Translations under genes and position numbers: made by a program
Part shown: positions 9,535 to 18,545 of the stretch, one piece after another
Position numbering within the stretch: the stretch's first letter is position 1
Layout: each line of letters starts with the position of its first letter
Origin: an uncultured Candidatus Rokubacteria bacterium
GTDB lineage: Bacteria; Methylomirabilota; Methylomirabilia; Rokubacteriales; DASRDR01
NCBI GenBank assembly: GCA_963826115.1
Contig: CAWGVS010000006.1
Location: 1,056,001 to 1,120,000, forward strand
Reading direction: 5' to 3'
DNA: 64,000 nt
Notes under the pieces: model-generated
The model's input: the letters and a program-made list of their open reading frames with translations, nothing else
Told to the model about the DNA's origin: nothing
Databases searched by the model: none

Positions 9535-11034
9535 TCAGGGCTCCACCGCCAGACGCGCGCCCGTCTCCCGCACGACGTCGATCAGGGCGTCGACGTCCGC
9601 CTCCGTTGTGTCGTAGTGGAGGACGCAGGCGCGCAGCGCGAACCGCCCCCGGAGCACCGTGCCGGTGAGGAAGATCCGCCCCTCGCTCTGGATGCGCTCC
9701 ACGAGGCGCCTGTTCAGCGCCTCCAGCCGTCCGGCATCCTCGGGCGCCCCGGACGGCGCGTAGCGGAAGCAGACGACCGACAGCTCCGCCGGGGCCACGC
9801 ACTCGAGGTCGGGGGCCCGGTCGACCAGGGTTGCCAGGCGACGCGCGAGCGCGACGTGGCGGCCGACCAGCGCGGCCACGCCGTTCCGGCCCAGGTGCTG
9901 GAGGGTCATCCAGAGCTTGAGCGCCCGGAAGCCGCGCGTCTGCTGGAACCCGTACTCCGAGTACCAGGGGAGGCCTCCGAACCCCTTGCCCTCCTCGGTG
10001 CGGAGGTACGGCGGTACGAGGCTCCACGCGTTTCGGAGGAGGCGCCCGTCCCGCACGAGCGCGCACCCGCACTCCACCGGGACCGAGAGCCACTTGTGGG
10101 GGTCGAGCGCCAGCGAGTCCGCTCGCTCGAGGCCGGCGTAGCGGGCGGCGAGGGCCGGATCGGCCGCGCCGACGGCGCCGTACGCCCCGTCGACGTGGAA
10201 CCAGAGGCCCTCGGCCCGGCAGAGGTCGGCGAGCTGGTCGAGGGGATCGATCGCGCCCGTGTTCACGGTGCCCGCGCTCGCCGCCACGCAGAACGGCCGG
10301 CGGCCGGCGCCGCGATCCTCGGCGATGGCGGCGCGGAGAGCCCCGACGTCCATGCGGAGATCCGCGTCCACGGGGATGGTCCGCACGGCCTCGCTCCCGA
10401 GCCCCAGGACCTCGGCGGCCTTCCGCATGCAGCTGTGGCCCTCCTCCGAGAGGTAGAGGACCAGCGGCGCGGGGGCGCTCCGCACGCCGCGCGCGCGGAC
10501 GTCCCAGCCGTCCTGCTCCGCCGCCCGGTGGCGGGCGGCCGCCAGGCACGTGAGCGACGCCATCGAGCCGCCGCTGACCAGGAGCCCCATGCTGCCCTCG
10601 ACCGGGAACCCGACGAGCTCCATCAGCCATCGGACCGCCGCCCGCTCGACGTAGATCGCGGCGTGGTCGCCGCCCGCGCAGCTCGGGTTGAGGGCGGCCG
10701 CCAGGAAGTCCGCCAGGACACCGACGGGCGCCGGCGGCGAGTTCACCCAGCCGAAGAACCGCGGATGCCCGTTCCCCATCGGACGGCTGAGGACCTCGCG
10801 CCCGGCGAGGGCGAGCAACGCCTCGGGCGGGACGCCCTGGTCGGGGAGCGAGCGCTCGAGGAGCGCCGCGCGCTCCGCCGGCGTCATCGGCTGGAAGACT
10901 GGCCGGCCGCGGATCCCCTCGAGGTGGTCGGCGACCATATCCACGGCGGCGTGGGCGAGCCGCCGGAACGCGTCCGGGGCGATCGCGAGGGGCGGCGGCT
11001 CCGAGAGGGCGGGGGCTGGAGGCGTCGGGGTCAC
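9535..11034 (-). CDS. Group II PLP-dependent decarboxylase (aromatic amino acid/glutamate decarboxylase family)
   Basis: HPRFFGW, SGGSMA, AGTVNTGAIDP, HVDGAYG and DPHKWL (PLP lysine) motifs. The GTG start overlaps the upstream stop codon (GTGA). Confidence 0.92.
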   Translation of the reverse strand: MTPTPPAPALSEPPPLAIAPDAFRRLAHAAVDMVADHLEGIRGRPVFQPMTPAERAALLERSLPDQGVPPEALLALAGREVLSRPMGNGHPRFFGWVNSPPAPVGVLADFLAAALNPSCAGGDHAAIYVERAAVRWLMELVGFPVEGSMGLLVSGGSMASLTCLAAARHRAAEQDGWDVRARGVRSAPAPLVLYLSEEGHSCMRKAAEVLGLGSEAVRTIPVDADLRMDVGALRAAIAEDRGAGRRPFCVAASAGTVNTGAIDPLDQLADLCRAEGLWFHVDGAYGAVGAADPALAARYAGLERADSLALDPHKWLSVPVECGCALVRDGRLLRNAWSLVPPYLRTEEGKGFGGLPWYSEYGFQQTRGFRALKLWMTLQHLGRNGVAALVGRHVALARRLATLVDRAPDLECVAPAELSVVCFRYAPSGAPEDAGRLEALNRRLVERIQSEGRIFLTGTVLRGRFALRACVLHYDTTEADVDALIDVVRETGARLAVEP

Positions 11035-11681
11035 GGGCGTCTCCTCGAGGCGACCGGGAGCGTCCGGCCGCGCCGGGCATGGGGACCGCTCTCGCCCAGC
11101 GCCATGGCGAGGTAGTAGACGCAGGGGTCCCGGCCCGGGTTGACGAACTGGTGGTGGCAATCGCCCTCGTAGTACGCGCTGTCCCCCGCGCGCAGCGTGT
11201 GCGGGGTGCCATCGACGGTCAGCTGCAGCGTCCCGCGCTCGACGGCGAGGTACTCCCGCGAGCCCCGGCCATGAGGCGCGAAGATCCCGGCATCCACTCC
11301 CGGCGCGATCGTCGTCCGCATGAGCTCGAACTCGATCCCGGGCAGCACGGGGGAGAGGATCCGGCGCTCCCACCCCGTCGGGTCACGCGCCACGTCCTGG
11401 GCGGCATGACGGAGGACGACGACGCGCTGGGCGCGCTCCTCGCCCAGGAGGCGGGCGATGCTCGTGTCGAGGGCGGTGGCGATCCGGTCGAGGACGAGGA
11501 CGGTCGGTACCTTGCCGCCGCGCTCGACGGCGGACAGCATGCTGCGGCTGACCCCGGCCCGCCCGGCGACGGCGTCGAGCGACAGGCCCCGGCCGAGCCG
11601 GGTTGCCCGGACACGCGCTCCGAGCTCGGCCACGTCCAGGCCCGTTGAGAATCGCGCGGTCGGCGTGCGCGCCGTCACCAT
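11031..11681 (-). CDS. XRE-family HTH + cupin transcriptional regulator
   Basis: LSLDAVA.RAGVSRSMLS.VERG HTH, followed by a cupin domain (PHG.GSREY...GDS.YY.GD..H). Confidence 0.9.
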   Translation of the reverse strand: MVTARTPTARFSTGLDVAELGARVRATRLGRGLSLDAVAGRAGVSRSMLSAVERGGKVPTVLVLDRIATALDTSIARLLGEERAQRVVVLRHAAQDVARDPTGWERRILSPVLPGIEFELMRTTIAPGVDAGIFAPHGRGSREYLAVERGTLQLTVDGTPHTLRAGDSAYYEGDCHHQFVNPGRDPCVYYLAMALGESGPHARRGRTLPVASRRRP

Positions 11682-11682
11682 C

Positions 11683-11707
11683 GTGGATGATATTCCACTA
11701 TGGTGGA
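11683..11707. promoter_or_regulatory. Overlapping inverted repeats (GTGGA-N6-TCCAC and TCCAC-N4-GTGGA) over a TATCAT -10-like box; putative XRE autoregulatory operator
   Basis: Palindromes seen directly, immediately upstream of the XRE start codon. Confidence 0.5.
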
Positions 11708-11886
11708 GGCCGCAAGCGCGGCGATTCCGATCTGACCGTGTAAGAACCATCGTGTAGCGGCTACCCGGCGTGCCCCGGGCGCGCCGGCCCGGACGCCGCG
11801 TCCCGGGCGGGACCAGGTGCCACGCGCGCCAATCTTACGGCGGGTTTCGCAATCCGGCGCACTCGCGCGGACGTCCGCCGCCCGTG

Positions 11887-11901
11887 TGGCACTCATCTTG
11901 C
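11887..11901 (+). promoter_or_regulatory. Sigma54 (-24/-12) promoter TGGCACTCATCTTGC
   Basis: Matches TGGCAC-N5-TTGC exactly and lies upstream of the HTH_17 gene. Confidence 0.65.
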
Positions 11902-11915
11902 CCGCGCAGAGAGGG

Positions 11916-12167
11916 ATGCGGCCCTCCTCTGTCCACCTCGCGCCCCTCCTCCTGACCGTCCCCGACGCCGCCCGGCGACTCCGGCGACACGAGCAGACAG
12001 TCCGCGCGATGATCCGGCGCGGCGACCTGGCGGCGATCCGCCTCGGGCGCCTGGTGCGCGTCCTCGCGGCCGCCGTCGATCGGGCTGCGGGCGCGATGGG
12101 GCGGGCCGGCCGCCCCCGGGTGTCCCGGCGCCCGCTCCGGCGCGTCCCCGCGCGCGCCCGCGCCTAG
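11916..12167 (+). CDS. Excisionase-like helix-turn-helix (HTH_17) DNA-binding protein
   Basis: LLTVPDAARRLRRHEQTVRAMIRRGDLAAIRLGRLVRV matches the Xis-like HTH_17 pattern. Confidence 0.75.
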   Translation: MRPSSVHLAPLLLTVPDAARRLRRHEQTVRAMIRRGDLAAIRLGRLVRVLAAAVDRAAGAMGRAGRPRVSRRPLRRVPARARA

Positions 12168-12168
12168 C

Positions 12169-12711
12169 GTGGAGCCGTCCGCGATGTCGCGGGAGGTCGA
12201 GCGCACGGTGGACACCCTCATGGGGCGCGCCCGCCGCGATCTCGCCACCGCGGAGCGCGACGAGGCGACGGAGCGCGCGGCGCTGATGGGGCTGATCGAC
12301 CGGGACCGCCACCTCCGTTACGCGATGGAGCAGGCCTCGATGACGGTCCGCACGACCCGGGACGTCGACAGCCTCCGCCACATGCGGGTCCGGCTCGACG
12401 GCCTCGAGCAGGAGCGGCACGCGCTCATGGCGAGCCGCCGCGAGCAGGAGATGACCGTCGACCAGCGCCGGGACCGGACGCGGACCGCGCGGCTCGTGGT
12501 GGAGGAGCTCGAGCAGCGGGCGCTCCGCCTCCGCGAGACGGTCCGCCACACCGAGCACCAGCTGATGATGCGCCACAAGACCATCGCCGAGCTCGAGGGT
12601 CACGTCCTCCGGCTCCTCGAGGAGCTGCCTCGTGCCCGGGCGCAGCACGCGGAAGCCGAGGCCCGTCTCGCGAGCCTCCGGCACGAGCTCGCCGAGCTCG
12701 ACGGCAACTGA
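12169..12711 (+). CDS. Hypothetical long coiled-coil protein
   Basis: E/R/L-rich heptad-like sequence across the whole length, with typical codon usage. Starts 1 nt after the HTH gene. Confidence 0.75.
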   Translation: MEPSAMSREVERTVDTLMGRARRDLATAERDEATERAALMGLIDRDRHLRYAMEQASMTVRTTRDVDSLRHMRVRLDGLEQERHALMASRREQEMTVDQRRDRTRTARLVVEELEQRALRLRETVRHTEHQLMMRHKTIAELEGHVLRLLEELPRARAQHAEAEARLASLRHELAELDGN

Positions 12712-12725
12712 CCGCCGGGCGGCCG

Positions 12726-12823
12726 TCAGGCTTCGGCGGCGCCGGCGGCGAAGCCTAGGGCGAAGTTGAGGGCGCGGCCCACCTCGGCCATCCGATCCTG
12801 GGGCACGTTCCGATGAGAGTCAC
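12726..12823 (-). pseudogene. Remnant of the C-terminus of a MazF/PemK-like toxin
   Basis: Manual translation gives VTLIG, then a frameshift, then NVPQDRMAEVGRALNFALGF...stop. This resembles the PemK C-terminal helix (IG.L..ERM.EV..AL.FALG). Confidence 0.45.
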
Positions 12824-12833
12824 TCGTTCATGC

Positions 12834-13460
12834 TCACTGAGTGGCCCAGAACCGCGGGTAGAGCTCGCGGAGCTGTGGGAGCACTGACCGCACGTCCGGA
12901 CGGCGGCGCGCCTCGACGTACCGCGCGCGGACGCCGGGGTCCCCGAGGTTCACCGCGCCCTCGCGGCAGCACATGATCGAGCCGGGGTCGTCGGTGTGGG
13001 GGAGCCCGAGGGCGTGGCCGATCTCGTGCGCCGCCACCTGGAACAGGACCGTCTCGCGCGACGTGGCGCCCATGGCCACGGGCTCGGCGAGGTCGACGCG
13101 GACCGGGAGCCGGATCGCGCCTGCATCGTCCGCGTCGAGGTGCGCGTAGCCCCGCGGTCCGCTGGCGCGGGCCGGGACGAAGCGAATCACGACGTCGGCG
13201 CCCTCTTCGCGGTCCACCCAGCGGAACACGTCGATGCCGAGCGCTTCCCGGGCGCCGGCGTTCCAGTCGTCGACGGCTCGGCGGACGGGCGCCTCGAGGG
13301 CGGGGTCCGCGGGCGGGACGAGGTGGACCGCCAGCGGGAAGCGCTGGCGCGGGTGGCCGATCGGGCGGCCCGTCTCGACCGTGTCGGACGCTCGGGCGCC
13401 GCCGGCCACGCCGAGCCCGACGGCCAGTAGCAGAGCGGCCAGCGCGCGGCGCGGCGCCAC
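12834..13460 (-). CDS. Secreted matrixin-like (M10) zinc metalloprotease
   Basis: Signal peptide, HEIGHALGLPH zinc motif and SIM Met-turn. Start is approximate. Confidence 0.82.
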   Translation of the reverse strand: MAPRRALAALLLAVGLGVAGGARASDTVETGRPIGHPRQRFPLAVHLVPPADPALEAPVRRAVDDWNAGAREALGIDVFRWVDREEGADVVIRFVPARASGPRGYAHLDADDAGAIRLPVRVDLAEPVAMGATSRETVLFQVAAHEIGHALGLPHTDDPGSIMCCREGAVNLGDPGVRARYVEARRRPDVRSVLPQLRELYPRFWATQ

Positions 13461-13486
13461 GGTGGTCTGCGGAGCGTCGAGCCGGG

Positions 13487-16235
13487 CTACGGCGGCGGGC
13501 CGGCGACGACGGCCGTCGCCCGGTCCGGATGGAGGTGGCCGCGCGCCGCCTCGTTCACCTGCGGGACCGTGACGGCCCGGTAGTAGCTCGCGTACCGGTC
13601 GATGTAGTCGGCGCCGAGATTGTAGAACTCCATGCCCCAGAGCATCTCGGCGACGCCGGCGTTGGTCTCGAGGCGGAGAGGGAAGCGCCCGGTCAGGTAG
13701 GCGACCGCCTCGTCGACCTCGCGGGCGGTCACCCCGTCCTTCTGGAGCCGCCGGATCTCGGCGTCGAGCCCGGCCAGCGCCTTCTTCGCGTTCGCGGGAT
13801 TCGTTCCCAGGACGACGCGGAAGGGCCCCGGGTAGAGGTTCGCGTCGAAGTAGCCGAACACCGAGTAGGCGAGGCCCTGGTCGTCGCGGATCGACGTGCT
13901 CAGGCGGCTCGTCAGGGCGCCGCCGCCCAGGACCAGGCTCATCACCTGCGTCGCGTAGAAGTCGGGGTCGCTGCGGCGAAGCCCGCCGGCATGGCCCCAC
14001 ACGATCGACGTCTGGGTCCGGTCCGGGACCGGGATCTCGAGCGATTCCGGCGCCGCCCGCAGGGCCAGGTCGGGCGGAGTGATCGCTCGGGTCTCGGGAT
14101 TCCGCGGCCAGTCACCGAGCCGCTTCCGGAGCCCCTCCCGGACCTGATCGGCCGAGACGTCTCCCGTCACGACGACGATCATCCGGTCCGGGCCGTACTG
14201 CCGCCGGTGGAAGTCCACGAGATCGTCTCGGGTCAGCGTGGGGATGATCCGTTCCGCCGACTCGAAGGTCTGCGGACGCAGCGGGTGATCCGGCGGGTAG
14301 ATGCTCCGATCGAAGTTCAGGCCGGCGATCCGGTCCGGATTCGTCTTGGCCTGCGCGACCCCGGCGAGCGCCTCGCTCTTGAGCCGGTCGAAGTCGGCGG
14401 CGGGGAAGGCCGGCTGGCGGAGCATCTCCGCGAAGAGGTCGAGGACGAGATCGAAGTCCCGCGTGAGCGCTTCACCCGTGACAGAGGTGACGAGCGAGTC
14501 GGTGCTTGCCCCGAGACCGGCTCCCACGTCCTCGAGCGCGGTCGCGAAGCCGAGGGCGCTGCGCTGGAGCGTTCCACGGCTCAGCATGGCGGCCGTGAAC
14601 CCCGCCACACCCGGCTTGCCCTTCGGATCGGCGAGCGAGCCCGCGGGTATGCTCGCCCGGAGCGCGAACGTCGGCGTCGCGGGGCTCTCCTGCACGATGA
14701 CGGAGATGCCGTTGTCGAGCGAGAACCGCGTGACGAGGCGGTTCGGCGCCCGGGCGACCGAGGTGCGGGGCAGCGGGATGGGCCGGTCGCCGCGCTTCGG
14801 CCGCTCGACGCGGGCGGAGGCCTCGCGCGGGGGCGGGGCGGCCGGGCCGCCGCCGTCGGCCGGCACGAAGTGCCCGACGGTCCGGGTGTCCGCCGTGAAC
14901 GTCTTCCTCGCCACCGCCTGGATGTCGGCCGGGGTCAGGGCGCGGACCCGGTCGAGATACGTCGCGAGGAAGCGCCAGTCGCCGACCATCGCCCAGTAGC
15001 CGAGCTGACGAGCCTGCGCCGTCACGCTGTTCGTCTGGAAGACGAAGTCGGCCTCCGCGCGTCGCTGGGCTCGGGTCAGCTCCTCCGCGGTGATCGGGCT
15101 CGCGGTCACCTTCTCGACCTCGTCGAGGAGCGCCTTCTCGAGCTGCTCCCCGGTGACGCCGCGACGCGCGGTGGCGCTGACCGTGAACAGGAAGGGATCG
15201 CGGAGGCTCGTGGCGCCGGCGTCGACGCGCGCGGCCAGCCCCTTCTCGACCAGCTCCTGGTACAGCCGGCTCGTCCGTCCCTCGCCCAGCGCCCCCGACA
15301 GGACGTCCAGCGCGTAGCTGTCCGCGTCGAGTGCCGCCGGCGCCTTCCACGCGACGAGCACCATCGGCAGGGAGCCCGAGCGGCGGACGATCACGCGGCG
15401 CTCTCCGCGCTGGGGCGGCTCGGTCGTGTGGACATCGGGCGGCTTGGGGATCGGCTTGATCGGGCCGAAGTGACGCTGGACCATCTTCAGCGCGTCGGCG
15501 GCCGCAGACGTCGCCGACCACCACCGCCACCGCGTTGTTGGGGCCGTAGTGCGTCCGGTAGTACTGGTAGATGGCGTCCCGGGACACGTTCTCGACGTCG
15601 CTCCGCCAGCCGATGACCGGCCACTGGTAGGGATGCGCCTGGAACGCCGTCGACACCACGGACTGCGAGAGGATCCGGGCCGGGCTGTTCTCGCCGCCCT
15701 CCAGCTCGCTCCGGACGACGGTCATCTCTGACTCGAGATCCGCCTTGTCGATCCGGCTGTTCACCATCCGGTCGGCCTCGATGCGCATCGCGAGCTCGAG
15801 CCGGTCGGAGGCGATCGTCGCGTAGTAGTTGGTCCAGTCGTAGTAGGTGCTCGCGTTGAAGGCCGCGCCGTTCAGAAAGAGCGTGCGCGCGATCTCGCCG
15901 AGCTGAAGCTGCCGCGTGCCCTTGAACAGCATGTGCTCGAGGAGGTGGGACACGCCCGTGATCCCCGTGTGCTCGTTGCGCGACCCGACCCGGTACCAGA
16001 CGCTGAAGCTCACCACGGGCGCGCTCCGCGCCTCCTTGATGAGCACCGTGAGCCCGTTGGGCAGCACGGTCTCCTGGACGCCGGCGGTGAGGCCCGACGC
16101 GGCGGCGGCCGCCGGGCCGGGCGAGGTCTGCGCTCGCGCGATCCCGCCGGCGCAGGCAACGAGGCCGACGAGGGCGAGGAGGACGGGGAGACGAGGGGCC
16201 GTGGCGCGGGCGCGACGGAGGAAGGGCGCGATCAC
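13487..16235 (-). pseudogene. M16 (insulinase/PqqL-like) zinc protease interrupted by a frameshift near 15506
   Basis: The N-terminal half (signal peptide, HLLEH) is in the frame of ORF 14472..16427. The C-terminal half (...ADALKMVQRHFG..., SRLSTSIRDDQGLAYS) is in ORF 13487..15484. The junction reads GAC GTC T GCG GCC GCC GAC. Confidence 0.8.
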
Positions 16236-16365
16236 GCATCCCAGTATAGAGCCCGGGGCAACCCCCAGCGCCGCAACCCGGCGAAGCGTGGTATCTTGAC
16301 CGGGCCGCTGCGCCATCCGGGCGGCATGTCTTCGACGACCCCCAAGCCACGAGGATCGGAAGCCC

Positions 16366-17943
16366 ATGAGCACCCACGAGCAGTCTCGGCCGGCGCCCAC
16401 GCTCGGCCTCACGCCCGACCAGATCACCGCCCGCTACGCGGCGCTCCAGGCGAAGCTGGTCCCGCTCTGGAAGTCGATCGCCAGCATGAACCGGGATCCG
16501 CAGACGATCGTCGTGGTCCCGTCCATTACGCTCGACGCCCTCAACATGCCGCCGGCGGTGCTGCAGGCGATGGAGGAGCGGTTCCTCTTCATGCTGATCC
16601 TGCTGCGCCAGCCGAGCGCGCGCATGATCTACGTGACGTCCCGGCCCATCCTGCCGGACGTGGTCGACTACTACCTCGGGCTCCTTCCGGGCGTCATCCC
16701 GGCCCACGCGCGCGCCCGCTTCTTCAATCCGGTCCCGCACGACAGCACGCTCCGGCCGCTCTCCCTGAAGGTTCTGGAGCGCCCCCGGCTGCTCAGCCAG
16801 ATCCGCGACCTGATCCCCGACAAGGACCGCGCGCACCTCGTGCCCTACAACACGACCGAGCTCGAGCGAGATCTCGCGATCCGCCTGGGCATCCCCATGT
16901 ACGGCGCGGACCCCCGGCACTTCGAGCTGGGAACCAAGAGCGGGTGCCGGAAGCTGTTCGGGCGCGCGGGCGTCTCGTATCCGTTCGGGGCCGAGGACCT
17001 CCGGACCCCCGACCAGGTGATCGAGGCCCTCGAGCACCTCCGGGTCGCCCGGCCCGCCGTCCGGTCGGCGATGGTCAAGCACAACGAGGGCGTGTCGGGC
17101 GCCGGCAACGCGGTGGTGAACCTCGAGGGCCTGCCGGCCCCGGGCGCCGCGTCCGAGCGCGCCGCGATCGTCGAGCGCGTTCGCGGGATGAAGTTCGAGA
17201 GCGCGCGCCAGAACTACGACACGTACATGGCGAAGCTTGCCGAGCTGGCCGGAATCGTCGAGGAGCGCGTCATCGGCGAGGAGATCCGGAGCCCGAGCGT
17301 GCAGCTGCGCATCACGCCCCTCGGCCAGCTCGAGGTGCTGTCCACGCACGACCAGGTGCTGGGCGGGCCCAGCGGACAGAGCTATCTCGGCTGCCGCTTC
17401 CCCGCCGACCCGGCGTACGCCGCGGTCATCACCCGGGACGCGGTGAAGGTCGGGCAGGAGCTGGTCGGCGAGGGGGTCCTGGGGCGCTTCGCCTTCGACT
17501 TCGTCGTCGTCCGGAACGGCGGGGCCTGGACCCCGTACGCGATCGAGCTGAACCTCCGGAAGGGGGGGACCACCCACCCGTTCCTGACGCTCCAGTTCCT
17601 GACCGACGGACGCTACGATCCCGAGTCCGCGACGTTCACGCCGCCGAGCGGCCGGCCGAAGTGCCTGGTCGCCACCGATCACCTGGAGTCCGAGGCGTAC
17701 CGAGGGCTTCTCCCGCAGGACGTCTTCGACATCATGGTTCGGCACGGGCTCCACTTCAACCAGACGCGGCAGACCGGCGTCGTCCTCCACATGCTGACGG
17801 CGCTCTCCGAGCGAGGGCGCCTGGGTCTGACCGCCATCGGCGAGACGCAGGCGGAGGCCGACGAGATCTACCAGCGGGCCTGCGACGTGATCGACCGGGA
17901 GGCCGAGGCCGCGATGCGGCAGGACCCACTGCCCGCGCTGTGA
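16366..17943 (+). CDS. Peptide ligase PGM1-related ATP-grasp protein
   Basis: EERFLF.L.LLRQP, K.NEGVSG.GNA, SPSVQ.RI, LSTHDQ.LGG, GC.FPA and IE.NLRKGGTTHP motifs. Confidence 0.82.
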   Translation: MSTHEQSRPAPTLGLTPDQITARYAALQAKLVPLWKSIASMNRDPQTIVVVPSITLDALNMPPAVLQAMEERFLFMLILLRQPSARMIYVTSRPILPDVVDYYLGLLPGVIPAHARARFFNPVPHDSTLRPLSLKVLERPRLLSQIRDLIPDKDRAHLVPYNTTELERDLAIRLGIPMYGADPRHFELGTKSGCRKLFGRAGVSYPFGAEDLRTPDQVIEALEHLRVARPAVRSAMVKHNEGVSGAGNAVVNLEGLPAPGAASERAAIVERVRGMKFESARQNYDTYMAKLAELAGIVEERVIGEEIRSPSVQLRITPLGQLEVLSTHDQVLGGPSGQSYLGCRFPADPAYAAVITRDAVKVGQELVGEGVLGRFAFDFVVVRNGGAWTPYAIELNLRKGGTTHPFLTLQFLTDGRYDPESATFTPPSGRPKCLVATDHLESEAYRGLLPQDVFDIMVRHGLHFNQTRQTGVVLHMLTALSERGRLGLTAIGETQAEADEIYQRACDVIDREAEAAMRQDPLPAL

Positions 17944-17968
17944 GCGCCACGGCCCGCCGGATCGCCCG

Positions 17969-18466
17969 TTGAGCGAGCCCTGGTCCGACCCGGAGCTCCT
18001 CCGCTCCGTCTTCGAGGGAACCGAGGTCCTCCGGAAGCCGATCAGCGGGATCATCACGGGGCACCACGTGCTCCCGTACGTGCTGGTCGGGCCCCACTGG
18101 GACCAGCCCGGCCGGGCCGTGGAGGTGCGCGGCCGGATCCGCGTCTCGCCGCGCCTCGTGCTGCCCGTGCGGGGCGAGGGCCCGACCTACGGCGACGTGT
18201 TCTCCGAGCGGGAGATCATGCACAACGCGCTCGTCGCGCGGGTCTTCAGCTTCAAGTACGCCCCGAAGGTCCTGGTCGAGAGCGAGGACCTCCGGATCCA
18301 GCGCCAGGACCGGGCGCCCCAGGCCCACCTCGACCTGGTCCTCGACGAGCTGCTCCGACACGAGGTGATCAACACCGGCGTCATTCGCTCGCCGGACGTC
18401 CGCTACTACCCGGTCTCGATCGACCGGTTCATCCGGGAGATCCTCGACCAGGAGTTCCGCGAATGA
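17969..18466 (+). CDS. Conserved-looking hypothetical protein, probably co-transcribed with the PGM1-related ligase
   Basis: Typical codon usage and globular composition. Starts 25 nt after the upstream stop. Confidence 0.7.
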   Translation: MSEPWSDPELLRSVFEGTEVLRKPISGIITGHHVLPYVLVGPHWDQPGRAVEVRGRIRVSPRLVLPVRGEGPTYGDVFSEREIMHNALVARVFSFKYAPKVLVESEDLRIQRQDRAPQAHLDLVLDELLRHEVINTGVIRSPDVRYYPVSIDRFIREILDQEFRE

Positions 18467-18545
18467 CCCGAGGTGGCGCCGCGCGGTAGTCACGACGGCG
18501 CGCGCGGCGGCCGCGCCAGCCGCGAAGGCTCGACCTGATTGGCGA

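Noticed and set aside
11916-12830. Prophage or integrative element suggested by the excisionase-like gene
   Set aside because: No integrase, tRNA, att repeats or phage genes are present in the window.
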